Source: an uncultured Eubacteriales bacterium (lineage in GTDB: Bacteria; Acidobacteriota; Aminicenantia; Aminicenantales; Aminicenantaceae). From it: 64,000 nt of DNA. Positions 18,666-28,645 of this stretch are shown in pieces. Where the stretch lies: assembly GCA_964584935.1 (NCBI GenBank), contig CAZPBN010000012.1, forward strand, positions 17,094 through 81,093, given 5' to 3'. The stretch's first letter is position 1; every line of letters starts with the position of its first letter. The notes beneath the pieces are model-generated. The model searched no databases and was not told the DNA's origin. It worked only from the letters and a program-made list of their open reading frames with translations. The position numbers were made by a program, and so were the translations under genes.

Positions 18666-20105
18666 TTAAATCTTCCCATTCTTATGTTTATTTTTGTAGA
18701 TTGTCACCCATTTCTCTATAATTTCTGCCAAGGTTCGTTCCACTTCGACTCCCCTTCCGTGTATGGGACGAATTTCTTCGGCAAGCTCTGTGTATCCGAG
18801 ACGATCCAGCCAGGTAGAAAAGTAATCATTATCGCTGAATTTTTGGATTTTTTCAGGCTTTATTGTTTTTAAACTATCCAGGAGCTCACGGAGAGTGAAT
18901 ATTTCTTTATCCCCTATGACCAAAGGAGTTGTTTTAACATTATCCATGGCTTTTTTAAAAATCTGTTTTAAAAAAGCCACCATCTTTTGTCCTTTATATC
19001 GAAGGGGAAGAATTTTATCAGCAAGATCTTTGAATCCATGCATATACAGCCAGGTAGAAAAATTATCCTTTCTTCCGTACTCCTCAAGAATTTGGCGAAG
19101 TTGACGCCCATAAGCCGTATCTTTTTCAGCCTTATTGAAGATGTCTATCATTTCATTGGTATTTTTAACCCGCTCCAGCTCTTTCCCTTCTTTTGAAAGA
19201 ATAACAAAATCTCCCATGCCCGTGAAATCATGAATATAATTCCTCAGGGTTTTTAAGCTGCCTGGATCTCCTTTGGGGAGGATAAAGGCTGTGGTGCGAA
19301 GGTCATCGGCTTCAGAAGCTTTAGAGGCAATTATTTTCGGGAATCGCGGGAAATATTTATCGACCAGACGAATGAAATCAGCCCCCACATCTGGTTTCAT
19401 TTCTCCGCCCCGAGGGAAATAGATGTCAGAGATAAGACACACAACATCATCCCCGTATCCTTTATTGGCATAATCGGAATCGTTGATCATTGATTCATCC
19501 CGAACGCCAAACAGAAATTCCATTGCTTGTTCAAAAGTGCGTGCGATTTGAACCGCTGCTCTCTGTCCTATAATATCATAAAGAACCGGAATAAACTGGG
19601 AAATCCAGCGGGGCTCATCATCCACCACCAGAATGATGTAACGGCGTGCCTTTGAATAGTTTTCAATATTGAGTTTATCCTGTGCACTCCTTACCACAGA
19701 AGTGATGATACGAGCAGGAGTACAATCTTTCTTATTGGAAGCAAATATCAAATCTGCTTTTTTGGTGTAAGGATATTTTTCTTCTGATACCGACGGAGGA
19801 GAACATTGAATCATATCAATGGCTGATATCAAAACAACTGCCACATCTTTATTGCGCCTGCGGATTTTTTGAGTATCCAAAAGGTTTAATCCTGTATCAT
19901 CACACACTAAGACAAACGCTTGACTTCGTTTCACCTGCTCTGCTTCGCCGGGATTGGAAAGAACACAAACTTCCACCCACGGCATTTGGTCTTCAAGAAC
20001 TTGGCCGGACTTTTTAACTTCTTCATCAGCAGACAATATCAATACTTGATTTATTTTTACCGGATTGACGACGCGGGGATAAAAGGAGTTGACTGAATTC
20101 AGCAT
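18666..20105 (-). CDS. Double receiver-domain protein (pseudo-REC + canonical REC) with duplicated C-terminal domain of unknown function
   Basis: REC2 has the acidic pocket VVDDE, phospho-acceptor LISDIYFP, IIASKAS, ILPKG. REC1 is degenerate (LILSADEE...LVCDD). The C-terminal ~190 aa contain two copies of D(N/Y)FSTWL...G(F/Y)x(D/E)LA(D/E)(K/E)IxP. Confidence 0.5.
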   Translation of the reverse strand: MLNSVNSFYPRVVNPVKINQVLILSADEEVKKSGQVLEDQMPWVEVCVLSNPGEAEQVKRSQAFVLVCDDTGLNLLDTQKIRRRNKDVAVVLISAIDMIQCSPPSVSEEKYPYTKKADLIFASNKKDCTPARIITSVVRSAQDKLNIENYSKARRYIILVVDDEPRWISQFIPVLYDIIGQRAAVQIARTFEQAMEFLFGVRDESMINDSDYANKGYGDDVVCLISDIYFPRGGEMKPDVGADFIRLVDKYFPRFPKIIASKASEADDLRTTAFILPKGDPGSLKTLRNYIHDFTGMGDFVILSKEGKELERVKNTNEMIDIFNKAEKDTAYGRQLRQILEEYGRKDNFSTWLYMHGFKDLADKILPLRYKGQKMVAFLKQIFKKAMDNVKTTPLVIGDKEIFTLRELLDSLKTIKPEKIQKFSDNDYFSTWLDRLGYTELAEEIRPIHGRGVEVERTLAEIIEKWVTIYKNKHKNGKI

Positions 20106-20113
20106 GTCTCCCC

Positions 20114-21841
20114 CTACTTCTCAGAAACGATCACACATTTCTGTTTGTTGGAATCAGCATAGATATTGACCGGTGTGGGAAATTTTCGTATAAAAATGGG
20201 ACTGTTTGTTTCAGGCGAGGAAAAGAACCAGGGATCAATATGATCCTCCAGAGGAGCAATATATCCATAAATTACCCTGTTGCTCATGAGATTTGTTAAA
20301 AAATGAGTCCCTTGGGTTCCAAACATACGGGTCCGAAGCCTTTTCTGTTCTTCATCAAATCCCCCCTGAATCATATAGAGAAAATGGCTCCCGTATATTC
20401 CCCCACCCGTGAGAGTATCATGCACTGGCTCCGATCTCGCTGCTATATCCACGCCGTATTCGAAAATAGCTGATGGCGATCCAACGTTCTCAAACTCCAC
20501 TTGAATTCCCCAATTACGGTTTTTTGTTCCCAACCTCCCCGGAACAATGATAATATAGCTCTTTCCCTGATTTTTAAGAGCACAGGAAAATTCACTCAAT
20601 TTTGCAACCACATCATCATGCATTTCTTTTTTATAGAGAAAAGGAGACACAACAACAGCACATTCAACATTTTTTTTCATGCCATGGCCCTGCAGATTCT
20701 GCAGGGAGAGATATGTTTTCTTCACTTTGTCAGGAATCCTCACCTTTTCGAATGTCATCTTTGGTAAAGGCGTTAATTGGACTACATGAAAAGTACCATT
20801 TCTTTTTATGTCTTTCAAGTGTTCCACATTAAAAACAAATTCAATTTGAAAGTGAGGCATCACCTTGGAAGTGATTGCTTCCATAATCTCGATAAGTCCG
20901 GTTCGGAATTCATACATATCATCTTGAACTAAAGCTTCGAGAGTGATCCATTTTTTTTCTCTTCCCAGTGCTTTGGTGGTATGATAATCGGCAAAACGGA
21001 TATGAAGCCTCCTCATGGTTTCCATTTCATCTCCTCTGAGGCTGGAGTTTTTTGTCATATCAATCGCATAGAAGAATTTTTGGCCTTCCCCCATGAATTT
21101 TACTGGAATAGGATTCTTGATGGTTGCCATAGAAATGACCGGAAAGTCATCTAAAACAGTCGCGTATCCATGACCAAAAGCCAACCGGGCAAATCCTTCA
21201 TTGGCTACCTGGGATTTCAAAGCATAGGGAAAAAAAGAGTTTGCTACCCCAGAGACCAGGGGGCAATAAACAGGGCCTGCCAAAGATTTCCAGCTCATTC
21301 CAGGAATGGGATTAATGACGATAGCCATTTTTTCCCGGCTGTTTGAATCCTGTTTCATTTTGAAATCGGAGTAAATGTTATCAATGGCTTGTATAAACTG
21401 ACGAAAACGTATGGATAAGTCAGGATGATTATTGGGAAGCATGAACGATGTATTCTCGCCAGCATGGACAGAAACATCATCTCGGGAAACAAAAGCTTCG
21501 TTCGTGGCAGAGGAACGAATACTTATAGGAATTTCTCCCAGTTTACTTAAAATATCTTTGATTGTCTCCAGGTCATTGTTATTAAATGTTCCTCCGTTTT
21601 TTAGATAGCGGTCATAATAAGAAGTTGTAAGAATTCTCGTTCGAAGCTGGTGCACCCGGGGAATGTGGTGTTCGTTGATTTTGATAAGACCATACCCTTT
21701 CCCTCCTGAAAATCCCTGGCCATATATTTTGACATCTCCAACTTTATCAACTATGTTTTCTCTCAGAATTTTGTTAGAGTCAGAAGCGTCATTGTTGTAT
21801 TTTTTTTGACCCATGTTCATCGATGAATCCCCGCTTATCAT
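20114..21841 (-). CDS. PEP-synthase/PPDK N-terminal nucleotide-binding (PPDK_N) domain protein lacking the PEP/pyruvate TIM-barrel domain
   Basis: SGGKGYGL; IRSSATNEA...SVHAGENTSF, which parallels VRSSATAEDLP..SFAGQ in PpsA/PPDK. 575 aa. The C-terminal ~150 aa are unassignable. 8-nt gap to the downstream REC gene. Confidence 0.55.
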   Translation of the reverse strand: MISGDSSMNMGQKKYNNDASDSNKILRENIVDKVGDVKIYGQGFSGGKGYGLIKINEHHIPRVHQLRTRILTTSYYDRYLKNGGTFNNNDLETIKDILSKLGEIPISIRSSATNEAFVSRDDVSVHAGENTSFMLPNNHPDLSIRFRQFIQAIDNIYSDFKMKQDSNSREKMAIVINPIPGMSWKSLAGPVYCPLVSGVANSFFPYALKSQVANEGFARLAFGHGYATVLDDFPVISMATIKNPIPVKFMGEGQKFFYAIDMTKNSSLRGDEMETMRRLHIRFADYHTTKALGREKKWITLEALVQDDMYEFRTGLIEIMEAITSKVMPHFQIEFVFNVEHLKDIKRNGTFHVVQLTPLPKMTFEKVRIPDKVKKTYLSLQNLQGHGMKKNVECAVVVSPFLYKKEMHDDVVAKLSEFSCALKNQGKSYIIIVPGRLGTKNRNWGIQVEFENVGSPSAIFEYGVDIAARSEPVHDTLTGGGIYGSHFLYMIQGGFDEEQKRLRTRMFGTQGTHFLTNLMSNRVIYGYIAPLEDHIDPWFFSSPETNSPIFIRKFPTPVNIYADSNKQKCVIVSEK

Positions 21842-22151
21842 TGTTGTCTTAATATATAATCCCAGCTCCTTATTTATTATAAAACAAAAATGGAAAACAG
21901 GTCATTAGGAATCCGGTAATCTCTCCAGTAATTGAACCAATTCCTTTCGTTTCAATAATCTAAATCCATTTCATAATTTATCATCAAATCGAATGACTAT
22001 GAAAAAACAGAATTTGTTCCGTTTGCTTTTAATAACTGGCAAATAAAAGAACTTGAATCAAAATTGGCCTTAACCGTGTTAAAAGAATTCAATTATAAAG
22101 GCGCTCAAGTGAAGATCTATAAGTATTGTCCCTAAGTGTCTGAGAGAATTC

Positions 22152-23129
22152 CTAATCAGAAAGTATTTTTTTCAACTCTTCTTTTAAAGGAGGAATCACT
22201 TCAAACAGATCTCCGACAATTCCAAAATCGGCTATGTTGAATATGGGAGCTTCGGGATCTTTATTCACAGCAATAATATATTTCGATGAACTCATTCCTG
22301 CTAGATGCTGGATCGCCCCTGATATTCCAAATGCCATATAAAGATCCGGAGAAACTGTCTTTCCTGTCTGCCCAACTTGATTCTGATGGTCTATCCATCC
22401 AGAATCAACCGCTGAACGGGAAGCCCCAACTGCTGAATTGGGAACAATGCCTGTGAGCTCTTTCAAAAGTTCAAAATTTTCCGCATTTTTCATCCCTCGT
22501 CCTCCTGAAACAATCACCTGTGCTTCACTAATATCAAGCTCTTCCCCTCCTTCTCTCACAACTTCCTCCACTCTAGATTTAATATCCTTCTCTGATATCT
22601 CCACTTCCTTTTTGACAACTTCTCCTTTCCTCCCTTCCTGGCTTATCAATGGAAAAATATTAGGCCTTAAACTTAAGATTTGAGGGGTGGATTGAAAAGA
22701 AATGGTCTCCAGAGCCTTTCCTGCAAAGATAGGCCTTAAAGCTTCCACTGTGCCATTCTTAACATCCATGCCTATGCAATCCGAAGCCATGCTCACTCCA
22801 ATCTTTGCTGCCAACCGGGGAGCCAAATCTTTCCCCATAGCCGTAGCAGAAAACATGATGATCTTAGGGGTTAGTTCTTTTACCAACGAATACAAAGCAT
22901 GGACAAATCCAGATGCTGAATACTCTTTTAAAAGAGTATTTTCTAAAACATAAACTTTAGAAGGAGTGTAGGAAAGAACTTCCTCAGCAAGGGTTTCCAT
23001 ATTATGACCAACCAGAACAGCATTGAGTTCTAATCCTGTCTCATCTGCTTTTCTTTTTCCTTCAGAAAGTGCTTCCAAAGACGACTTTTTTATTTTCCCT
23101 TCTCGCTCTTCTATATAAACCAAAATCAT
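22152..23129 (-). CDS. etfA: Electron transfer flavoprotein alpha subunit
   Basis: C-terminal FAD-binding signature VGQTGKTVSPDLYMAFGISGAIQHLAGM, about 325 aa. Confidence 0.85.
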   Translation of the reverse strand: MILVYIEEREGKIKKSSLEALSEGKRKADETGLELNAVLVGHNMETLAEEVLSYTPSKVYVLENTLLKEYSASGFVHALYSLVKELTPKIIMFSATAMGKDLAPRLAAKIGVSMASDCIGMDVKNGTVEALRPIFAGKALETISFQSTPQILSLRPNIFPLISQEGRKGEVVKKEVEISEKDIKSRVEEVVREGGEELDISEAQVIVSGGRGMKNAENFELLKELTGIVPNSAVGASRSAVDSGWIDHQNQVGQTGKTVSPDLYMAFGISGAIQHLAGMSSSKYIIAVNKDPEAPIFNIADFGIVGDLFEVIPPLKEELKKILSD

Positions 23130-23141
23130 TATAATCCTCCT

Positions 23142-23924
23142 TTAAATGACCTTAGCTTCCTGCCTCAGATATTCCACAAGCTTTTTTGCTGCCTCAGCAG
23201 GTTCATCTTCTATCTTTTTCCCAGCCTCTCTAGTAGGAGGACTGTCCATTTTTATAACAGATATTTGTGGTTTTATATCTTCATCGCTAAGTCCTAACTC
23301 CTCAAATGAAATAACAGGAATTTCTTTTCTCTTGGCTGCCATGATTCCCTTCAATGTTTCATAGCGTGGTTCATTCAATCCTTTTTGAGCGCTTATGACT
23401 GCTGGCAGAGGAAAAGAAACCTTTTCGCTGGCTCCTTCGATTTCCCGATAAGCCGATCCTTTTCCATCTTCTATTTCTAGTTTGGTAACCACATTGACCT
23501 GTGGGAGACTCAGCAGCTCGGCAACCATACTGGGCACCTGGGCATTATCACCTCCAACTGACTGCTTCCCAAACAAAAGCAAATCATATTGTGTAAACTT
23601 CTTCTTTAAAGCCTGTGAGATAATCTTGGCAATCCTCAAACCATCATACGTTTCAGGGGTATCATCTTTTATGAGGTAAGCTTCATCCGCCCCCATAGCA
23701 AGGCATTTTTTAAGAATAGGAATGGTGTTGTCCGCCCCAACTGAAATCACAGAAACTGTTCCTCCCTTGCTTTCTTTCAATTGAATGGCTTCTTCAACCG
23801 CGTATTCATCATAAGGATTCAAAACCAGATTAAGCCCTTCCTCTTGAATACTCGCATCCTCACGATTTACCTTTATCTTTGATTCTGTATCAGGCACCTT
23901 CTTTACAAACACAAAGATATTCAC
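23142..23924 (-). CDS. etfB: Electron transfer flavoprotein beta subunit
   Basis: MNIFVFVKKVPD...VKVNRE N-terminus, 260 aa, immediately upstream of etfA. Confidence 0.85.
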   Translation of the reverse strand: MNIFVFVKKVPDTESKIKVNREDASIQEEGLNLVLNPYDEYAVEEAIQLKESKGGTVSVISVGADNTIPILKKCLAMGADEAYLIKDDTPETYDGLRIAKIISQALKKKFTQYDLLLFGKQSVGGDNAQVPSMVAELLSLPQVNVVTKLEIEDGKGSAYREIEGASEKVSFPLPAVISAQKGLNEPRYETLKGIMAAKRKEIPVISFEELGLSDEDIKPQISVIKMDSPPTREAGKKIEDEPAEAAKKLVEYLRQEAKVI

Positions 23925-24026
23925 TTAATCCTCCTATAAAAAATCACCAGGGCAGTCTTTACGGTTTCAGATTATGTCTTTTGCCCTGTTTTTTATTGTT
24001 TTTTTTAATTCTTTTCAGTAAGAACC

Positions 24027-25307
24027 TCAGGACGGCTCCTCAAATTTTTTAAAAAGAAGAGCTCCATTGGTCCCTCCAAATCCAAATGAATTACTCAAGG
24101 CATAATTTATTTTTGCTTTACGTATCTCATTGGGAACATAATCAAGATCACATTCAGGATCTGGATGTTCATAATTAATCGTGGGAACGATCACCTCATT
24201 CTTTATACACAATACAGAAATGGCGGCTTCAGCTGCTCCGGCGGCACCCAGTAGATGCCCGGTCATGGATTTCGAAGAACTGACTGGAATTTTATAAGCT
24301 TGATCCCCAAAAAGTTTTTTAATAGCTGTTGTTTCAACCTTATCATTAAAAATCGTCGATGTTCCATGAGCATTTATGTAATCAATTTTTTCAGGTTCAA
24401 CATTCGCATCTTCGATTGCCTTTTTCATCGAGCGGACTGCCCCCGCTCCATCCACAGAAGGAGCTGTCACATGATAAGCATCTCCACTCAATCCATATCC
24501 GACAATTTCTGCATAAATATTCGCTCCTCTTTTCAAAGCTCTCTCTAATTCCTCAAGGATTAGAATCCCTGCTCCTTCTCCCATGACAAAACCATCTCTT
24601 TGGGAATCAAAAGGTCTGGACGCTTTTTCTGGTTCATTATTGCGCACAGAAATCGCACGCATGGAACAAAATCCGGCAAGCCCTAAAGGAGTTAAAGGGG
24701 CCTCTGCCCCTCCAGCAATCATAACGTCCGCATCTCCTCTGGCAATCATTCTGAAAGAATCTCCAACCGAATGGGTGCTGGTTGTACAGGCTGTGACGTT
24801 CGCACAATTAGGGCCCTTCGCTTTGTATAGAATAGAGATGTGCCCTGAAGCTTCATTGATAATTGTCGAAACGAGGAAAAATGGAGAAATGCGTCCCGGG
24901 CCTTTCTTGGAAAGCAAATCATGCTGTTTTTCAATCGCGCTGATTCCCCCAATACCGGAGCCAACATAGACACCTGTTTTTTCGCCACCGATCTCGGAAT
25001 CGTTCATTCCAGAATCTTCCACAGCTAATTTGGCAGCTGCAATGGCATACTGGATAAAGGGATCCATCTTTCTTATTTCTTTTTTATCTATGAATTGAAG
25101 TGGATCAAAATCATAAAGTTCTCCGGCAATTTGAGTGGTGTATTCTGAAACATCGAACTTGGTCATCTTTCTAATACCGCTTTTTCCCTTCCTCAGAGCA
25201 TCCCAGTTTTTTTGCTTCCCGACACCGAGAGGGGTAACAAGACCTATTCCTGTAATAACAACACGTCTTTCACAAATCTGCTTATTTGTAGAATTATAAG
25301 TCCCCAT
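24027..25307 (-). CDS. fabF: 3-oxoacyl-ACP synthase II
   Basis: RVVITGIGLVTPLG, active-site Cys region CANVTACTTSTHS, HGTSTxxND, GHLLGAAG motifs. Confidence 0.9.
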   Translation of the reverse strand: MGTYNSTNKQICERRVVITGIGLVTPLGVGKQKNWDALRKGKSGIRKMTKFDVSEYTTQIAGELYDFDPLQFIDKKEIRKMDPFIQYAIAAAKLAVEDSGMNDSEIGGEKTGVYVGSGIGGISAIEKQHDLLSKKGPGRISPFFLVSTIINEASGHISILYKAKGPNCANVTACTTSTHSVGDSFRMIARGDADVMIAGGAEAPLTPLGLAGFCSMRAISVRNNEPEKASRPFDSQRDGFVMGEGAGILILEELERALKRGANIYAEIVGYGLSGDAYHVTAPSVDGAGAVRSMKKAIEDANVEPEKIDYINAHGTSTIFNDKVETTAIKKLFGDQAYKIPVSSSKSMTGHLLGAAGAAEAAISVLCIKNEVIVPTINYEHPDPECDLDYVPNEIRKAKINYALSNSFGFGGTNGALLFKKFEEPS

Positions 25308-25318
25308 TTATACCTTTT

Positions 25319-25567
25319 TTACTTAGAGGAAATTTTCTCTAACACATAATCCATCGCTTTCCCGACAGTTGTTAGCTTTTCAGCTTCCTCATCAGGAATG
25401 TCTAAATCAAATTCATCTTCCAAAGCCATAACCAGTTCAACCGTGTCCAAAGAATCAGCCCCCAAATCATCAATAAAAGAAGCCTCTTCTGTAACCTGAT
25501 CTTCATTAATGCTTAACTTGTCTGAAACAATCTCTTTGACTTTCTTCAATAGTTCTTCTCTTTCCAT
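25319..25567 (-). CDS. acpP: Acyl carrier protein
   Basis: 82 aa, [20 protein letters not shown] phosphopantetheine site. Confidence 0.9.
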   Translation of the reverse strand: MEREELLKKVKEIVSDKLSINEDQVTEEASFIDDLGADSLDTVELVMALEDEFDLDIPDEEAEKLTTVGKAMDYVLEKISSK

Positions 25568-25607
25568 GGTTTCCTCCTTATTTTTTTAAATATTTTTCTC
25601 ATTATAA

Positions 25608-26348
25608 CTACATATACATTCCGCCATTGATATTTAAAACCTGGCCAGTGATATATGCAGCATCATCCGAGAGTAGAAATTTGACAGATTTGGCAACTTC
25701 TTCAACAGTCCCAAACCTCTTCATAGGAATTAAATTCAGAAACATATCTTTGACATGATCAGAAAGTTTTTCTGTCATTTCTGTGGATATGTAGCCGGGA
25801 GCTATCGCATTAACTGTTATATTACGAGTGGAAGCTTCTCTGGCTAATGATTTGGTAAGACCCAAAACCCCGGCTTTAGATGCCGAATAATTTGACTGTC
25901 CAACATTACCCATTAATCCAACAACTGAAGATATATTAACAATACGTCCATAACGATTGCCCATCATATTCCTGATAACCGCTTTTGAACAATTAAACAC
26001 TCCCTTCAAATTCACAGAAATAACAGCATCCCACTCTTCCTCTTTCATTCTCATAAACAAATTATCTCTGGTGATTCCCGCGTTATTTACCAGATGATCT
26101 ATCTTCTGATGATGATTCAATACTTTATTCACCACATCAGTAACCTGATCCATACTGGTGACATCCGCCGAATAAGAAAAAGCTTTCCCGTTCCTGTTTT
26201 TGATCGTCTCCGCTACTTTTAAAAGTGCCTCCTCCTGAATATCTATCAGGATAACATCAGCCCCTTCTTCCGCAAGTTCCGTTGCAATCTCCTTGCCGAT
26301 TCCCTGAGAGGCTCCAGTGACAATGGAAACTTTGCCAGTAAAACTCAT
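25608..26348 (-). CDS. fabG: 3-oxoacyl-ACP reductase
   Basis: VSIVTGASQGIGKEIA, NAG, YSASKAG short-chain dehydrogenase motifs. Confidence 0.9.
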   Translation of the reverse strand: MSFTGKVSIVTGASQGIGKEIATELAEEGADVILIDIQEEALLKVAETIKNRNGKAFSYSADVTSMDQVTDVVNKVLNHHQKIDHLVNNAGITRDNLFMRMKEEEWDAVISVNLKGVFNCSKAVIRNMMGNRYGRIVNISSVVGLMGNVGQSNYSASKAGVLGLTKSLAREASTRNITVNAIAPGYISTEMTEKLSDHVKDMFLNLIPMKRFGTVEEVAKSVKFLLSDDAAYITGQVLNINGGMYM

Positions 26349-26352
26349 TTTA

Positions 26353-27366
<1,014 letters not shown>

Positions 27367-27381
27367 CCATGTTCTCTCTTA

Positions 27382-27564
27382 TTAATCTTCACTTCCTTCA
27401 ATAACCTTCCTCTCCCGGTAATATCCGCATTCAGGGCAAACCCTGTGAGGCAATTTGGGGGATCCGCAATTAGGACAAAGGCTTAATGAAGGTATTGAAA
27501 GAGCATCATGTGCTCTTTTTTTCATTTTCCTTGCATGAGAATGTCGTCTTTTTGGATTAGCCAT
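27382..27564 (-). CDS. rpmF: 50S ribosomal protein L32
   Basis: MANPKRRHSHARKMKKRAH, C-terminal CPNCG...CPECG zinc ribbon. Confidence 0.85.
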   Translation of the reverse strand: MANPKRRHSHARKMKKRAHDALSIPSLSLCPNCGSPKLPHRVCPECGYYRERKVIEGSED

Positions 27565-27570
27565 TTATTA

Positions 27571-28089
27571 TCATCTCTTTATAAAATAATCCAGCCCTTT
27601 CAGCCTGGAATCAGATTTATCCCTTAAACATTTACACTCACCATTCTTTATAAGTTTTCCACATACAGGACAAATTCCCTGGCAATCTTTTGAACACAAT
27701 GGCTTTAAAGGAAATGTCAAATTTAACTGTTCAAGGACTATATCTCTAATACTGATCTCATAATTGTAATAAAAAAAGGTATTGATATCATTGCTATCTA
27801 ATTCTAATTGCTCATCTATCACTTCAAAATCTTCAGGAAGATAAACTAAATCAAAAAAAGAGTCAATAGGAAATTCAAAGGGGACCAGACACCGGCTACA
27901 GACAAAACTAATAAGCGTTTTTACAGAACCTTTTATATAGACTCGCTCCCCCTCTTTTTTTATTTCGAGGTCAGCATGAACCGGTTCAAGAAAGACAGCA
28001 TTTTCTTCCACTAGTTCAGAAGTAAGGAATTCAAAGTTCTTACACACTCGGCGTCCTTTTTCTGATAATTTTCCTACATCTATAATCAT
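27571..28089 (-). CDS. yceD: YceD/DUF177 family protein (23S rRNA accumulation protein)
   Basis: 172 aa, Cys pairs CSRC...CPVCG...CKC, conserved position upstream of rpmF-plsX. Confidence 0.75.
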   Translation of the reverse strand: MIIDVGKLSEKGRRVCKNFEFLTSELVEENAVFLEPVHADLEIKKEGERVYIKGSVKTLISFVCSRCLVPFEFPIDSFFDLVYLPEDFEVIDEQLELDSNDINTFFYYNYEISIRDIVLEQLNLTFPLKPLCSKDCQGICPVCGKLIKNGECKCLRDKSDSRLKGLDYFIKR

Positions 28090-28304
28090 TATTCCTCCAA
28101 AATTGTCATATAATTATAACATCTTACTTCCCTTTGTCAATAACATCAAATCTCTGAATTTCCCCTAAAAAATGCACTGTTTTTCGCTCAAATTAAAGTT
28201 ATTTCATTCTTTAGCGGATTTTAAATACCAAAAACCGATTATAACTAGGCTGTCTTTCTTTCAATTTTACTCTTTACCATGTATAATATTTTGGTAGAGA
28301 GAAA

Positions 28305-28577
28305 TTGTCTAAAACACATGGATTTAACTCAGAAATCAAACACAAGGGGAAACTCTATCATGTCCAGACTCAAGACAAGGGGCCTTCCGCCCAATACATC
28401 GAATCCATCATATACAGATCGGGAAAATTTCTTTCTATGAGAAAATCATATTATACTGACTTTATGAACAATCCTGATTTAAAAACTCATATAAATAGAA
28501 TGATCAGAGACCAACACTCAAAAATACTGGAGAATATTTCTCAGGGCAAAATCGATTCCTCTAACTCCCCAGATTAA
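28305..28577 (+). CDS. Hypothetical small protein (TTG start)
   Basis: 90 aa ORF with TATAAT 17 nt upstream. No recognisable domain; coding status uncertain. Confidence 0.3.
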   Translation: MSKTHGFNSEIKHKGKLYHVQTQDKGPSAQYIESIIYRSGKFLSMRKSYYTDFMNNPDLKTHINRMIRDQHSKILENISQGKIDSSNSPD

Positions 28578-28645
28578 ACAATAAACATGCAAAGCACAGT
28601 AAAACAGCTGACATGTTTGCTGTCAATTTTTAAAATTCTTTTTGA

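Noticed and set aside
20114-20560. Possible swivel phosphohistidine domain (TGGGIYGSHFLY) at the C-terminus of the PPDK_N protein
   Set aside because: Spacing and flanking residues do not match the GGRTSHAAI(V/I)AR PEP-utilizers consensus, so a catalytic His cannot be claimed from sequence alone.
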